Positions 21,695 through 30,170 of a DNA stretch of 64,000 nt are shown in pieces. The stretch covers positions 182,343 through 246,342 of the forward strand of contig JBJHBM010000001.1 in NCBI GenBank assembly GCA_050485485.1. The letters are read 5' to 3'. A model generated the notes under the pieces. That model made no database searches and had not been told where the DNA came from. It saw only the letters and a list, made by a program, of their open reading frames with translations. Position numbers and translations under genes: made by a program. The number at the start of each line of letters is the position of its first letter. Within the stretch, counting starts at the first letter, position 1. The stretch comes from Alphaproteobacteria bacterium (lineage in GTDB: Bacteria; Pseudomonadota; Alphaproteobacteria; SMXQ01).

Positions 21695-21861
21695 AACAGC
21701 GCGGTACCACATGTTTTGGTCACAGGCGGGTCGTTGGCATCCTTTTTATCCTCTCGAAATGACGTCGTCGTCACGGATGAAAAAGGAAGAAGGAGGGAGA
21801 GATTTCCCGAACGGCCTCTGCGTTTCTTGCTGCTTGTCTTCTCACCGTATTTTCCGCGGTC

Positions 21862-22851
21862 TTGATTTTACGGCCGGCCGTCGCCGACCAAGTTGACCTC
21901 GTCAACGGGGACACGATCCACGGCAAGGTCCGCTCCTTCTCGGACGGCGCGCTTCGGTTCGAGTCTCCGGTGTTCGGTACGGTTTCGATACCGAGGGACC
22001 GGATTCGCCGGATCGTGACGGACGATCCGGTGTGGGTGACGTTCACCGACCGTCCGCGCCTGCACGGAGTCCTCCTTGCAGCGGGGGCCTCTCTGATGGC
22101 GGTGGATCAGGGCGACGACTTCATTTCTCTGCCCTTTCCCATGAGCCAAGTCGAGGCCATAGCCGACGGAACGCTGGCCCTCAAGGATGTCGGCGTACCG
22201 TGGCGCACCAGCGGTGGAATCAACCTCGGCGCCAGCGCCGCCCAAGGCAACGTCGAGAACGAGCGCCTGCAGGGAGACGCCAATCTCGTGCTACGCCACG
22301 GCGACACGCGTTATACTCTGCGCGGCGAGGCCAAGTACCAGAAGGAACGGAATCGGGAAACCCAAAACGCCGCGCGGCTCACGGCGAAGCACGACCATTT
22401 CTTCTCGGATCGCTGGTTCTTCTACACCACGGGCGGCATCGAATACGACAAGGCACGTTCTCTCGACCAGCGCCTTGACGTCGGCACCGGAGCCGGTTAC
22501 CAGGTTTTCGAGAGCGAACGGATATCGCTCTCTTTCGAGGGCGGTATTTCCTATGTGATGGAACGCTATAGGATCGATCCCAACCGATCCTATCCGGCCG
22601 CCAGATGGTCCACCGACTTCCGTTACGACCCCTGGCTTACCAAAATCCGTTTTTTCCACTTCAACGAAGTGCTGAGCGATCTCAGCGGGGACGACGGCAT
22701 GACAGTGCGGACGCGGACCGGCATGCGTTATTTCCTGATAGATGGCCTGAACGCCACCGCCCAGGTCAATTTCGACTGGAAAAGCGATACGCCGGCGGGG
22801 ACGCGGGAAAGCGACATCGTCTACATGGTCACCCTCGGCTACGCTTGGTGA
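21862..22851 (+). CDS. DUF481 family outer-membrane beta-barrel protein (start uncertain, see findings)
   Basis: C-terminal half matches the DUF481 pattern (DRWFFYTTGGIEYDKARSLDQRLDVGTGAGYQ, terminal GYAW). The track start is TTG 21862. A signal-peptide-like segment lies in frame upstream without a canonical start. Confidence 0.75.
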   Translation: MILRPAVADQVDLVNGDTIHGKVRSFSDGALRFESPVFGTVSIPRDRIRRIVTDDPVWVTFTDRPRLHGVLLAAGASLMAVDQGDDFISLPFPMSQVEAIADGTLALKDVGVPWRTSGGINLGASAAQGNVENERLQGDANLVLRHGDTRYTLRGEAKYQKERNRETQNAARLTAKHDHFFSDRWFFYTTGGIEYDKARSLDQRLDVGTGAGYQVFESERISLSFEGGISYVMERYRIDPNRSYPAARWSTDFRYDPWLTKIRFFHFNEVLSDLSGDDGMTVRTRTGMRYFLIDGLNATAQVNFDWKSDTPAGTRESDIVYMVTLGYAW

Positions 22852-22885
22852 ATCGGTGCAGCCTACGGTTTCCGCACGGCATTCG

Positions 22886-23254
22886 TCAGCCGCGGACTTC
22901 GATCATTTCGCCGTCGGGGCCGGCGAACACGGCGCGCCGCACGGTATCCGGCTCGCCTGGCCGCCGCGCGTTGAGAGGGCGTGCCGGCTGAAGGACGACG
23001 ATGCCCGCAGCGGCAAGATGAGCGAGGGCGGTGTCCATATCCTCCGCTTCGAGGGCGAAGTGCATTCCGGACATCGATTCGCCCTGCTTTTGAGTGAGCT
23101 CGAGGACGGTGTGGCCGAGTCTCAGGTAGGAAATCCCGCCGCCCGGCCGGTCGTGCCGCGACAACTCCTCGAAGCCAAAGTTGCCAGTATAGAATCGGAC
23201 CGATCTATCGAGATCGGAACAATGCACCGCGACATGATCGATGAACTTGAACAT
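22886..23254 (-). CDS. VOC (glyoxalase/bleomycin resistance/dioxygenase) family protein
   Basis: Internal ATG 23254 follows GGGAGAAGG. MFKFIDHVAVHCSDLDRSVRFY...MHFALEAED is the VOC fold pattern. 122 aa. Confidence 0.8.
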   Translation of the reverse strand: MFKFIDHVAVHCSDLDRSVRFYTGNFGFEELSRHDRPGGGISYLRLGHTVLELTQKQGESMSGMHFALEAEDMDTALAHLAAAGIVVLQPARPLNARRPGEPDTVRRAVFAGPDGEMIEVRG

Positions 23255-23333
23255 TGCGCCTTCTCCCTGTTGCTCGATACGACTACCGCACACATGCATG
23301 AAAGGCGGGGATCGTCTTTGTGATAAGGGCGCG

Positions 23334-24470
23334 CTAGTCGCGGATATCTTGCAAGAACCAGTCGGTCGGGATTTCCCGCCCGAGCTTCTGCTCGACGCAC
23401 TTGCGGTAGACCACTTGGCCGACCGCGGAGAACTGGAGTCCCTGGTTGCCAACATTCCGGTAGAACGTAACCTGATCGCGACGGGTGCGGCCTTTGGCCT
23501 TGCCGGTGACGAGATCGGCAAAATCGGGATAGCTGCCGCCCTTGCCGCGGTCCTTGAACTCGGGATCGTCGCCGCCGAAGCCGGGTTCCGGATTCTTTTC
23601 GGGGATGCGCTTCATCTCCTCGGCGGTGCCGCCGATGAAGGCGGCGGGGGAGAGGCCGCGTTCGGCCTGAAAGCGCTCGGTCTGCTTCATCTGGAGTCCT
23701 GCCGTCCCTTGGCGGATGACGACGTCGAAACGGTCGCCGGAGGCGTCCGGCATCTCGCGTCGGCCAAGATTGGTCACATGCATGCCCGGCTCGATCCAGT
23801 CGGCATCGTAAACCGGTTTCATCGAGTCGGTGCAGGACGACAGGATATCGGCGCCGCGCACGGCATCGTGCGGGTTGTCCACCGCGATCACCTCGATATT
23901 GAGACGCTTCGACATCTCCTCAGCGAATTCCTCGCGATGCGCGGGCGTCGGGCTATAGATCCGACACTGGCGGACGTCGCGGACGCATTTGAAAGCCTCG
24001 AGGAAGGTGCGCGCCATGCCGCCCGAGCCGAGCATGCCGACGACATGGCTATCCTCGCGCGACAGGTACTTGACTCCAAGCCCGGCCCCTCCACCGACCC
24101 GGGCATGCTGCAGGACGCCGTCGTTGATGAAGGCAAGCGGTTCCGCGTTCTCGGTCGAGATCAGCAGGATCACGCCGCAGTAGGTGCCGGGCTCGCGGCA
24201 GTATTTCTCCTCGGTCCAGTTTCCGTTCTCGTCCTTCGGCCAATGAATGATGTCCGATTTCATGCGGATCGCGAAATAACCGTCGTTGGCACCCTCCATC
24301 GTGCCCCAGCGGAAATAACCGTCATCGCGCCGGCAGGGAAAGTACATGTCGATGCGCGGACGGTGAATGGCACCACCGATAGGAAGCTTCTTGAAGGCTT
24401 CTTCCTGCGCGCGGATGCATTCATCCATCGTCAGGACTTTGGATACGGTTTCGTTGTTGATCACCAGCAT
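23334..24470 (-). CDS. Ornithine cyclodeaminase/mu-crystallin family protein (long form, 378 aa)
   Basis: Rossmann motif VGMLGSGGMAR and OCD/mu-crystallin-like N- and C-terminal regions. SD GGGGAGA lies upstream. Confidence 0.75.
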   Translation of the reverse strand: MLVINNETVSKVLTMDECIRAQEEAFKKLPIGGAIHRPRIDMYFPCRRDDGYFRWGTMEGANDGYFAIRMKSDIIHWPKDENGNWTEEKYCREPGTYCGVILLISTENAEPLAFINDGVLQHARVGGGAGLGVKYLSREDSHVVGMLGSGGMARTFLEAFKCVRDVRQCRIYSPTPAHREEFAEEMSKRLNIEVIAVDNPHDAVRGADILSSCTDSMKPVYDADWIEPGMHVTNLGRREMPDASGDRFDVVIRQGTAGLQMKQTERFQAERGLSPAAFIGGTAEEMKRIPEKNPEPGFGGDDPEFKDRGKGGSYPDFADLVTGKAKGRTRRDQVTFYRNVGNQGLQFSAVGQVVYRKCVEQKLGREIPTDWFLQDIRD

Positions 24471-24682
24471 CGAATCTCCCCGGATTTCTTGGTTGTTGGT
24501 TTCATTGTCTTACCCGTTGGAAGAGACGGAGGCAATCGTCGCCGCCTCATGCTTGCATACATGCGTGCGAGCCCTAAACTGGGTGGACTGTCCGACCGGC
24601 CCATCGGCCCGTTCCAGCCGGAGCATCATGTGATCCTGCCGTTTCCGTCCCTTTCGGGCGCCGCCGCCCCAGGCCTTGCACT

Positions 24683-25636
24683 ATGACGGTTCCCGGCATT
24701 TGGCGTACCGCGCCTGTGCGGGGGGCGGCCTGGATGACGGCTGCCGCGGCTTCTTTCGTCATCATGTCCTGGGCGATCAAGGCCCTGGCGCCGATCACGG
24801 CCTCGGAGATCGTGTTCTTCCGCAGCCTGCTCGGACTGCTGTTCGTATTGCCGACCATAGGCGTGCCGCTTGCCTATCTTCTGAAGCCGCGCTGGCCGAA
24901 GCTTTACTTGTTGCGCGGCGGGCTCAGCTATTTCGCCATGCTGACGTGGTTCTATCCATTGCAGGTACTGGTGATGGCCGATGCGGTCGCGCTCCAGTTT
25001 ACTTTACCGCTTTTCACCATCCTGTTCGCCATAATCGTTTTCCGCGAACAGGTCGGCATGCGCCGCTGGGCGGCGACAATCGTGGGATTCTCGGGCGCGC
25101 TGCTCATCATCCGGCCGGGTTTCGCGGAGGTCGATGCCGCGATGATCCTCGTTCTTGTCTCGGCCGCGCTCTACGCTTCCGCCAACATGGTGGTGAAGAA
25201 GCTTTCCGGGGTCGAGCAGCCGGGCGTGGTCGTGTTCTATCTGCATGCGGTCACGTTGCCGCTCGCGTTGGTAGGCGCGATTCCCTACTGGATATGGCCG
25301 ACCTGGAGCGATCTGCCGTGGATCGTCGTCCTGGGCCTGGCGGGCACCGCCGCGCATTACTGTTTCACCCAATCGATGCGCGCCTCGGAAGTCTCGATCG
25401 TGATGCCGTTCGACTACCTGCGTCTGCCGTTCATCGCGCTGGTCGGCTATTTCGCGTACGACCAGACGGCGGCGATATGGACGTGGATTGGCGCGGCGAT
25501 CATCGGCGGTGCCAGCCTCTACATCCTCAAGCGCGAGGCACAGATCGCGCATGCACGCGACCTGGCCGAGGCCGAACGGCAAGGGGAACAAGAGGGAAAG
25601 GCAGGCGAGAGTAGCTCTGTGAGGAAGAGGCCCTGA
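24683..25636 (+). CDS. DMT superfamily (EamA-like) transporter
   Basis: About 10 hydrophobic segments in two EamA-like halves. 317 aa with a charged C-terminal tail. Confidence 0.8.
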   Translation: MTVPGIWRTAPVRGAAWMTAAAASFVIMSWAIKALAPITASEIVFFRSLLGLLFVLPTIGVPLAYLLKPRWPKLYLLRGGLSYFAMLTWFYPLQVLVMADAVALQFTLPLFTILFAIIVFREQVGMRRWAATIVGFSGALLIIRPGFAEVDAAMILVLVSAALYASANMVVKKLSGVEQPGVVVFYLHAVTLPLALVGAIPYWIWPTWSDLPWIVVLGLAGTAAHYCFTQSMRASEVSIVMPFDYLRLPFIALVGYFAYDQTAAIWTWIGAAIIGGASLYILKREAQIAHARDLAEAERQGEQEGKAGESSSVRKRP

Positions 25637-25643
25637 GCATGTT

Positions 25644-25934
25644 TCAGGCGTCGACGCCGATGGCCTCGCGCCCTCGGTCGGTGAGTTTGCATACCAGCCA
25701 GTCCGGCTTCACAGGATTGATGAACCAGGGTTCGGCCCATCCTTGCTCGATGCAACTCCGTATGGTGCGCGCCGAGATGCGTTTTCCTTGGCGGTCGAAC
25801 AACGGCAGCTTGCCGCCCGGCTGGTCTAGCCCACGCGCCAGCCAGTCGCGTTGCGCTACCGTAGGACGTGCGCCGGACGCTTCCGGCTCCCGCCGGATAT
25901 TGGTATTTGCTGCTTCCATGCCGTTTCCGGGCAC
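25644..25934 (-). CDS. Conserved hypothetical protein
   Basis: GTG start 9 nt after GGGAGG. 96 aa with WLARGLDQPGGKLPLFDRQGK...CIEQGWAEPW. No family recognised. Confidence 0.55.
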   Translation of the reverse strand: MPGNGMEAANTNIRREPEASGARPTVAQRDWLARGLDQPGGKLPLFDRQGKRISARTIRSCIEQGWAEPWFINPVKPDWLVCKLTDRGREAIGVDA

Positions 25935-26042
25935 CGTGCCCGGCCTCCCGTCGGCTGGATATCGGACTTCAGTCTAGGGGAGGGCGGTCATTCTGTCATC
26001 CGGTACCGTCAGACCGGAAGATTACCGCCCTCCTGCCGGATT

Positions 26043-27104
26043 TCAGCGTTTCGCGGCCTCGACGTCCGTTGCAGCCCGGGCAGCCTTCACGACGTCGGGC
26101 GGTGACGTGTAGATGCGGCGCAGCAGTTCGTCGATTTCTTCGCCGGTCATCGGATCGATCTCGAGGCCGAGCTTTTCGGCTTCCGCGCGGAATTGCGCAT
26201 CCTTCATGGTCGCCATGAAGGCGGCGCGTAGAACTTTGAGCCTGCCCGTAGGCAGATCAGGCGGGGCGACGATGGGCCGTCCCATGGCCTGCGGTGCGAA
26301 GATCAGTTCCAGGGCGGCACGTTCCCGGTCGTTACGCGCGAACTCCATGATGAGCGGCACGTCCGGCAGGTCCGGCGACTTGCGTGTCGCGACCTGGACG
26401 ATGAGATGCACCTTCTTGTCGCGCAGCCAGTCCGGACGGACCGTGCGAAGCGAGCTCAGCGTCGTGCCGATGTGTCCTTCCGCTTCTCCGCGCTCGAGGG
26501 CCATGTAGTTCTCCGCGGTTCCCTGACGTCCCGTCACGATGCGGAAGCGCGTGCCGAGCACATTGTTGAACACGCTCGGGAACACGGTGCTGTCGCTTCC
26601 GGGTGCGGAGGCGCTCAGGATAATGGTGCGGTCGAAAGCCTCCTTGAAGGAGGTGATCCCGGTTTCGTGCCAGGTGATGCCGACGGCGACGGCCGAATCG
26701 ATGCTGCCGACCCAGCCGAGCTTGAGGGCGTCGAAGCGCAGGCTCTCACGCTTCTTCGGATCGTCCTCGAGTAGCGGTTCGAGCGGAAGGGAGCGCCGGA
26801 TGGCACCGATCGCCGTGCCGTCTTTGGGCGCCACGTTGTAGAGATGGTTGAGTGCCGTGAGGCTGCCCGCGCCCGGCATGTTCTGCGCGATGACGGTGGG
26901 ATTGCCGGGAATGTGACGATCGATATGGCGCGCCAGGGGACGGGCATACATGTCGTAGCCGGATCCCGTGGGGTAGCCGATGATCAGCCGCACCGTCTTG
27001 CCTTGGAAGAATTCGGCGGGCGACTGGGCCGGGGCCGTCACCGGGAAGGCGATGGTTGCGGCGAATGCGGCAAGCGAAAAAAGTCCGGTACGGGCAAGTT
27101 TCAT
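26043..27104 (-). CDS. Tripartite tricarboxylate transporter substrate-binding protein (TctC/Bug family)
   Basis: Internal ATG 27104 follows AGGGAG. Signal peptide ends in APAQS. VRLIIGYPTGSGYDMYARPLA and QNMPGAGS are Bug-family-like. Confidence 0.7.
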   Translation of the reverse strand: MKLARTGLFSLAAFAATIAFPVTAPAQSPAEFFQGKTVRLIIGYPTGSGYDMYARPLARHIDRHIPGNPTVIAQNMPGAGSLTALNHLYNVAPKDGTAIGAIRRSLPLEPLLEDDPKKRESLRFDALKLGWVGSIDSAVAVGITWHETGITSFKEAFDRTIILSASAPGSDSTVFPSVFNNVLGTRFRIVTGRQGTAENYMALERGEAEGHIGTTLSSLRTVRPDWLRDKKVHLIVQVATRKSPDLPDVPLIMEFARNDRERAALELIFAPQAMGRPIVAPPDLPTGRLKVLRAAFMATMKDAQFRAEAEKLGLEIDPMTGEEIDELLRRIYTSPPDVVKAARAATDVEAAKR

Positions 27105-27262
27105 GGCGATGTCTCCCTGTAGCGATGCTTCCTCGAAGCATCGGTTTCCTCTCCCGTTTTCGTGGCGAGGACCGCGAGCCGTCGCCTGGACGGCCCGCGG
27201 CATCCGCTGCCGGGAGTTCGGCTTCTTGTCAGGTTACGCGGTGCGGGTACTGCGGAAACGGT

Positions 27263-28132
27263 TCAGGACGCCAGTGCCGCCGTCCTACGCGGAGATGCGG
27301 TGCGTTGCGGCTCGAACACCTGTTCCAGGCACCAGTTCGCCATCTCGCTTCCGGTGGTGAACCAGACGCCCTTGGCGCGCTTCATGTGCTGGATGATGGT
27401 GCGCAGCGCCTTGGTACGTCCCGGGCGTCCCGAGATGTAGGGGTGGAACTGGAAAGGAACATAACGCGCGCCGAGGCTCGCTGATTCCTCGTGGAGCTCG
27501 TCGAACATGCCCTTCCAGATGGTCAGCGCTACCTCGGAGGTGCCTTCGTCGCGGTGTCCGTAGGCGCGCCCGTCTCCGAACGGTTGGCGCGGCAGCTCGA
27601 CGAGTTGGCGACCGTCGTGCTTCCACAGGAACGGCAGATCGTGGGAGAAGTCGTTGCTGTTCCACAGATACCCATGCTCCATCAGGAGCTCGAGTGTATT
27701 GGGGCTCTGGGTGCAGGAGCGCCATCCGACCGGGGCCTTGCCGACCCTGTTCTTGATTATGTCGCCGGCACGGTGCATGACGTCGTTTTCCTCATGGCGC
27801 TCGAGATCGCGGGCGACTTCGTGATGGTAGCCGTGGCCGGCCACCTCGTGGCCCCTGGCGGCGATCTCCTTTACCGCTTCAGGGTAGCGTTCGGCGATAC
27901 CGCCGCAGATCAGGAAGGTCGCCTTGACGCCTTCCTCTCCGAGGATGCGCAGAATACGGTATATGCCGGTATTCGGGCCGTACTCGGCCTGCGTGTATTC
28001 CTCGTAGTTGATTCTGCCGTTCTTCAGCGGGCGGATCGGTTCGCCGCCCTGGAAATCGAAGGTCAGTGCGACCGCGATCCGGTTGTCGTTGGGTAAATGA
28101 AAAGCATCGTTGTAGTGGAATTCCTCGACCAT
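27263..28132 (-). CDS. Polysaccharide deacetylase (NodB homology) family protein
   Basis: VALTFDF, GVKATFLICG and HEVAGHGYHH motifs (metal-binding Asp/His). SD GGGAGG lies upstream. Confidence 0.8.
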   Translation of the reverse strand: MVEEFHYNDAFHLPNDNRIAVALTFDFQGGEPIRPLKNGRINYEEYTQAEYGPNTGIYRILRILGEEGVKATFLICGGIAERYPEAVKEIAARGHEVAGHGYHHEVARDLERHEENDVMHRAGDIIKNRVGKAPVGWRSCTQSPNTLELLMEHGYLWNSNDFSHDLPFLWKHDGRQLVELPRQPFGDGRAYGHRDEGTSEVALTIWKGMFDELHEESASLGARYVPFQFHPYISGRPGRTKALRTIIQHMKRAKGVWFTTGSEMANWCLEQVFEPQRTASPRRTAALAS

Positions 28133-28282
28133 GGCGCAGCCTCCCGGGCTCGTGCGTTTCGTCGGTATGAAAGGCTGTCATGGAAAGGGGCCGCTGTAAA
28201 GGCGATCCCGGCCATCAGGCTTGCTTGGGAGCGGGTTCCGGGCGACATATTTCTATGCACAAGGATGATAGGGGAGGACGGC

Positions 28283-28606
28283 ATGGCGCCCATCATACTC
28301 TACGTCACGGCCTCGACCGTCGAAGAGGCCGCCCACATCGGCCGTGCCCTCGTGGAGGAGCGGCTGTGCGCCTGCGCCAGCGTGATTCCGGGGGTGCGCT
28401 CCTTCTACTGGTGGGAGGGCGAGGTGCAGGACGACCCGGAGGCGGTCCTGATCGCCAAGACGACCGAGGATCGCGTGACGGCGGCGACCGAGCGGGTAAG
28501 GAAGCTCCACAGCTATGCCGTTCCTTGCGTTGCCGCGGTGCCGATCACGGGCGGCAACGCGCCGTTCCTCGATTGGGTCGCGGCCGAGACCCGGCGCGTG
28601 CGGTAG
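28283..28606 (+). CDS. cutA: Divalent-cation tolerance protein CutA
   Basis: Internal ATG 28283 follows GGGGAGGA. LCACASVIPGVRSFYWWEGEV is the CutA signature region. 107 aa. Confidence 0.85.
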   Translation: MAPIILYVTASTVEEAAHIGRALVEERLCACASVIPGVRSFYWWEGEVQDDPEAVLIAKTTEDRVTAATERVRKLHSYAVPCVAAVPITGGNAPFLDWVAAETRRVR

Positions 28607-28705
28607 TCTGACGCGCAGACGGCGCTTGGGAATGCCGTCGAAACGCCATAATCTCGCGCTTTAAACGATAAGGCTCCGCGCGTTCGGGCGACGGTTGCCG
28701 CGCCA

Positions 28706-30112
28706 ATGGGGAACGGAGCAGGGGGCATGACGCGTCTCGAGGGGCATCTGTCGGCGACGCTCGCGCGGGTGGCGAGCGTCCGGCCGCAGGAGGTCGGGGC
28801 GGCACTGTGGGCCTTCGCCTACTTCTTCTGCCTGCTGTCGAGCTACTACATCCTCCGGCCGCTGCGCGACGAGATGGGCGTCGCCGCCGGGGTCGAGAAT
28901 CTCCACCTCCTGTTCACCGCGACGTTCTTCGCCATGCTGGCGGCGATGCCGGTGTTCGGTGCGGTCGTGGCGCGCTTTCCCCGGCGCGTGTTCGTGCCGT
29001 GGGTCTACCGCTTCTTCGTCCTCAACATCCTGATCTTCTTCGCTCTGCTGACCTGGACCGACAGCCATGTCCATGTCGCCCGCGCGTTCTTCGTGTGGGT
29101 TTCCGTATTCAACCTGTTCGTCGTGACGGTGTTCTGGTCGTTCATGGCGGACCTGTTCTCCAACGCCCAGGGCAAGCGGCTGTTCGGCTTCATCGCGGCG
29201 GGCGGCACGGTCGGCGCGCTGTTGGGGCCGACACTGACGGCGACGCTCGCGGTACCGCTCGGGCCGGTCAACCTGCTGCTGGTCTCGGCGGTGCTGCTGG
29301 AACTCGCGGTGTGGTGCGTGTTCCGCCTGCTGAGGCGGGCGGACGATCTGCGCGCGACCGCACACACCGCAGTGGAGGAAGCGCCGGTCCAGACAGCCGC
29401 GGCGCCGGCCGAGAGCGACGGCAAAGCCGCCAACGAGGCGGTGATCGGCGGCGGCATCTTCGCCGGCCTCCTCCATGTCCTGCGCAACGTCTACCTGCTG
29501 ATGATCAGCGGCCACATCCTGTTCCTCACCGTGACCGCGACCTTCCTCTATTTCATGCAGGCCGAGATCGTGGCCGGCGCCTTCGACGATCCTGCCGAGC
29601 GCACTCGCATGTTCGCGCTGATCGACCTCGCGGTCGGCCTCGCGACCCTGTTGGTCCAGATTTTCGCGACCGGGCGGCTGATCCGTCGTTTCGGGGTCGC
29701 GACGGCGCTCTCGTTCACGCCGGTGGTGACCCTGCTCGGCTTCCTCGCGCTTGCGCTGTCGCCCGTTCTCGTGGTGATCGTCGCCTTCCAGGCGTTGCGC
29801 CGCGCGGCCGATTTCGCCGTCACCAACCCGGCGCGCGAGATACTGTTCACGGTGGTGCCGCGCGAGGACAAGTACAAGTCCAAGAACTTCCTCGACACGG
29901 CGGTGTTCCGGGGCGGCGACCTCGTCGGCGCCTGGATCTACCGGGGCCTCAAGGGCATGGGCCTCGACCTCGCCGGCGTCGCGGTGGTGGCGGTGCCGCT
30001 CGCCGCCGCCTGGATGGCACTGGTGGTGTTCCTCGGCCGCAAGCAGGACGAACTGGCGCGCGCGCCGACGCCGGACGCGGCCGGGCATCCGGCCGCGAGA
30101 CCCGCGGAATGA
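28706..30112 (+). CDS. Membrane transporter related to the ATP:ADP antiporter (TLC / NTP-NDP exchange) MFS-like family
   Basis: About 12 hydrophobic segments. The N-terminal YYILRPLRDEMGV motif resembles the TLC-type KD/RD motif. The start may be 28727 instead. Confidence 0.55.
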   Translation: MGNGAGGMTRLEGHLSATLARVASVRPQEVGAALWAFAYFFCLLSSYYILRPLRDEMGVAAGVENLHLLFTATFFAMLAAMPVFGAVVARFPRRVFVPWVYRFFVLNILIFFALLTWTDSHVHVARAFFVWVSVFNLFVVTVFWSFMADLFSNAQGKRLFGFIAAGGTVGALLGPTLTATLAVPLGPVNLLLVSAVLLELAVWCVFRLLRRADDLRATAHTAVEEAPVQTAAAPAESDGKAANEAVIGGGIFAGLLHVLRNVYLLMISGHILFLTVTATFLYFMQAEIVAGAFDDPAERTRMFALIDLAVGLATLLVQIFATGRLIRRFGVATALSFTPVVTLLGFLALALSPVLVVIVAFQALRRAADFAVTNPAREILFTVVPREDKYKSKNFLDTAVFRGGDLVGAWIYRGLKGMGLDLAGVAVVAVPLAAAWMALVVFLGRKQDELARAPTPDAAGHPAARPAE

Positions 30113-30170
30113 CACGAATCGAACCGCGTTCACATGAACCCATGAAGACGATGACGCAACGGAGAGATAT

